From: an uncultured Solirubrobacterales bacterium
Lineage (GTDB): Bacteria > Actinomycetota > Thermoleophilia > Solirubrobacterales > 70-9
DNA: 64,000 bases
Assembly: GCA_963796705.1 (NCBI GenBank)
Contig: CAWCMK010000007.1
Span: forward strand, 6,641 to 70,640
Reading direction: 5' to 3'
Position numbers and translations under genes: made by a program. This document shows positions 62,893 to 64,000 of this stretch, in pieces. The notes under the pieces were generated by a model, which saw only the letters and a list, made by a program, of their open reading frames with translations, was not told the origin of the DNA and ran no database searches. Numbering within the stretch: position 1 is the stretch's first letter; each line of letters begins with the position of its first letter.

Positions 62893-64000
62893 TCACACCG
62901 TAACGGCCTCGGTCACCTCCTGACGGTCGGTGTTCGGTTGCGTGGTGTGCAGGGCATCTCGCTCGATCGCGACCACGAGCTTGGCGAGGTCGCTATAGCC
63001 GATGATCTTGCGGAACTGTTGCTCGGCGACGAGCATGCCGGCGGCGGTCCACCGCTTGCGCATATCGCCCCCGCGCCAGCGCTTCACGTTGCGCTGGGTG
63101 TGGCGGACGATCTCGATCATCGACTCAATCGGGTTGGTCGAGGAGAGCGTCTTGGCGAGGTTGCCGTCGATCCCGAGCCCGATCAGCGTCAGCGTCTCCT
63201 CCATCCCCTCCCGTAGTGAGCCGCCCGCGTCCGGCCAGGAGCGCTCCAGCTCGCCGGCGAGCAACTCGAGGCGCTGGCGGGCGAGATCGGGGTCGCTCAG
63301 CGACCAGGCGGCGCGCATCCGGCCGCGGACCCCATCACGGTCTGCCTCGGGCAGCAGATCGGTGACGTTGCGCTCCTTGTGGCGGTGGCAGCGATGGATG
63401 AGGGCGTGGGTGCCGAAGACCTCGCGGATCGCCTTTGCGAGCGCCTTGGCGCCGTCGATCACGAAGAGGATCGCCTGCTCGGGGTCAAGGCCGCGGTCGA
63501 TGAGATCGGCGAGCAGCGTGCGCGCCAGGGTGGCGTTCTCGGTCGAGCCCTCCCAGAGCCCGAGCGGGATCTTGACGCCCTCGGTGGTGATCCCCAGGCA
63601 GACCACGTGCGTGCGCTCGGCGATCTCCAGGCCGTCGAGCATCATCGCCGCCAGGCGCACGTCCTCGAGACGGCGGCTCATCAGCTTCTCCAGCGCCGTG
63701 GTGGTGCGCTCGACGAACGCCTCCGAGACCGAGGAGCGCGAGGTAGCCGAGGCGCCGCCCTCGACATCCTCTCCGACCGGCTCCCCGACGCCGGCGAAGC
63801 GGCGGGTGGAGACCCCGGCGAGCATCCGGTTCATCACCGCTCTGGTCAGGGGATCGCGGTCGGCGAAGTGCTCGTAGGTGCCGAGCGCCAGCTCGCGCTC
63901 ATCGTCGGCTGAGCGCATCCGCGGGCGGCTGACCTTGACCCGTCGCCCGCCGAGGGTCATCGAGCCGTCCTCATGGCCATGGCGCTTGGCGGTGCGCTCG
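62893..64000 (-). CDS. IS256-family (Mutator-type) transposase, 5' end beyond the window
   Basis: LTRAVMNRMLAGVSTRRF, HVVCLGITTEGVKIPLGLWEGSTEN, FVIDGAKALAKAIREVFG, HRCHRHKERNV, TNPIESMIEIVR. The frame stays open to base 64000. Confidence 0.85.
   Translation of the reverse strand, partial: ERTAKRHGHEDGSMTLGGRRVKVSRPRMRSADDERELALGTYEHFADRDPLTRAVMNRMLAGVSTRRFAGVGEPVGEDVEGGASATSRSSVSEAFVERTTTALEKLMSRRLEDVRLAAMMLDGLEIAERTHVVCLGITTEGVKIPLGLWEGSTENATLARTLLADLIDRGLDPEQAILFVIDGAKALAKAIREVFGTHALIHRCHRHKERNVTDLLPEADRDGVRGRMRAAWSLSDPDLARQRLELLAGELERSWPDAGGSLREGMEETLTLIGLGIDGNLAKTLSSTNPIESMIEIVRHTQRNVKRWRGGDMRKRWTAAGMLVAEQQFRKIIGYSDLAKLVVAIERDALHTTQPNTDRQEVTEAVTV

Overview
High-GC (~70%) bacterial chromosomal window. 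The gene content looks actinobacterial, possibly Thermoleophilia/Solirubrobacterales-like, but that is inference only. Most of it is ordinary housekeeping and metabolism: SDRs, a benzoylformate-decarboxylase-like TPP enzyme with an FAD/Fe-S oxidase, fumC, two ALDHs, ychF, methylmalonyl-CoA epimerase, rarA, ccmABCD followed by hemA-hemC-cobA/hemD, birA, a DEAD-type helicase, TlpA-like/NfeD/SPFH, galT, and an ArsR-MFS pair. Mobile DNA sits at both edges. On the left, a large serine recombinase ORF runs in frame into a 5'-truncated SDR gene. On the right there is a complete IS481-family element with a CCTAGA target duplication and a partial IS256-family transposase. The stand-out region is 9.5-28.1 kb. 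It holds a ~13.9-kb minus-strand operon of four giant secreted proteins (1282, 916, 1516 and 918 aa), organised as a duplicated two-gene module (A-B / C-D). I see only scaffold-type folds in them (beta-propeller/NHL/PD40, Fn3-like, Cys-bracketed beta modules). All four end in unusual Cys plus Lys/Arg/His-rich tails. Next to the operon is an array of four TetR-family genes: two tandem single-chain double-TetR proteins, one frameshifted copy and one intact copy. A 15-bp asymmetric motif, TGTCAAG-N4-GTAC, occurs at four sites here and overlaps the -35 elements of the operon promoter and the TetR promoters. Just past the 3' end of the operon is an orphan consensus promoter (TTGACA-17-TACAAT) with an overlapping AT-rich palindrome and no ORF behind it, which is a candidate sRNA. 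A second secreted-protein cluster at 40.1-43.4 kb contains what looks like a single-module relative of the B/D family. No tRNA, rRNA or CRISPR array was seen. All calls come from reading the sequence and ORF track by eye. Start codons are often uncertain and no database search was possible.
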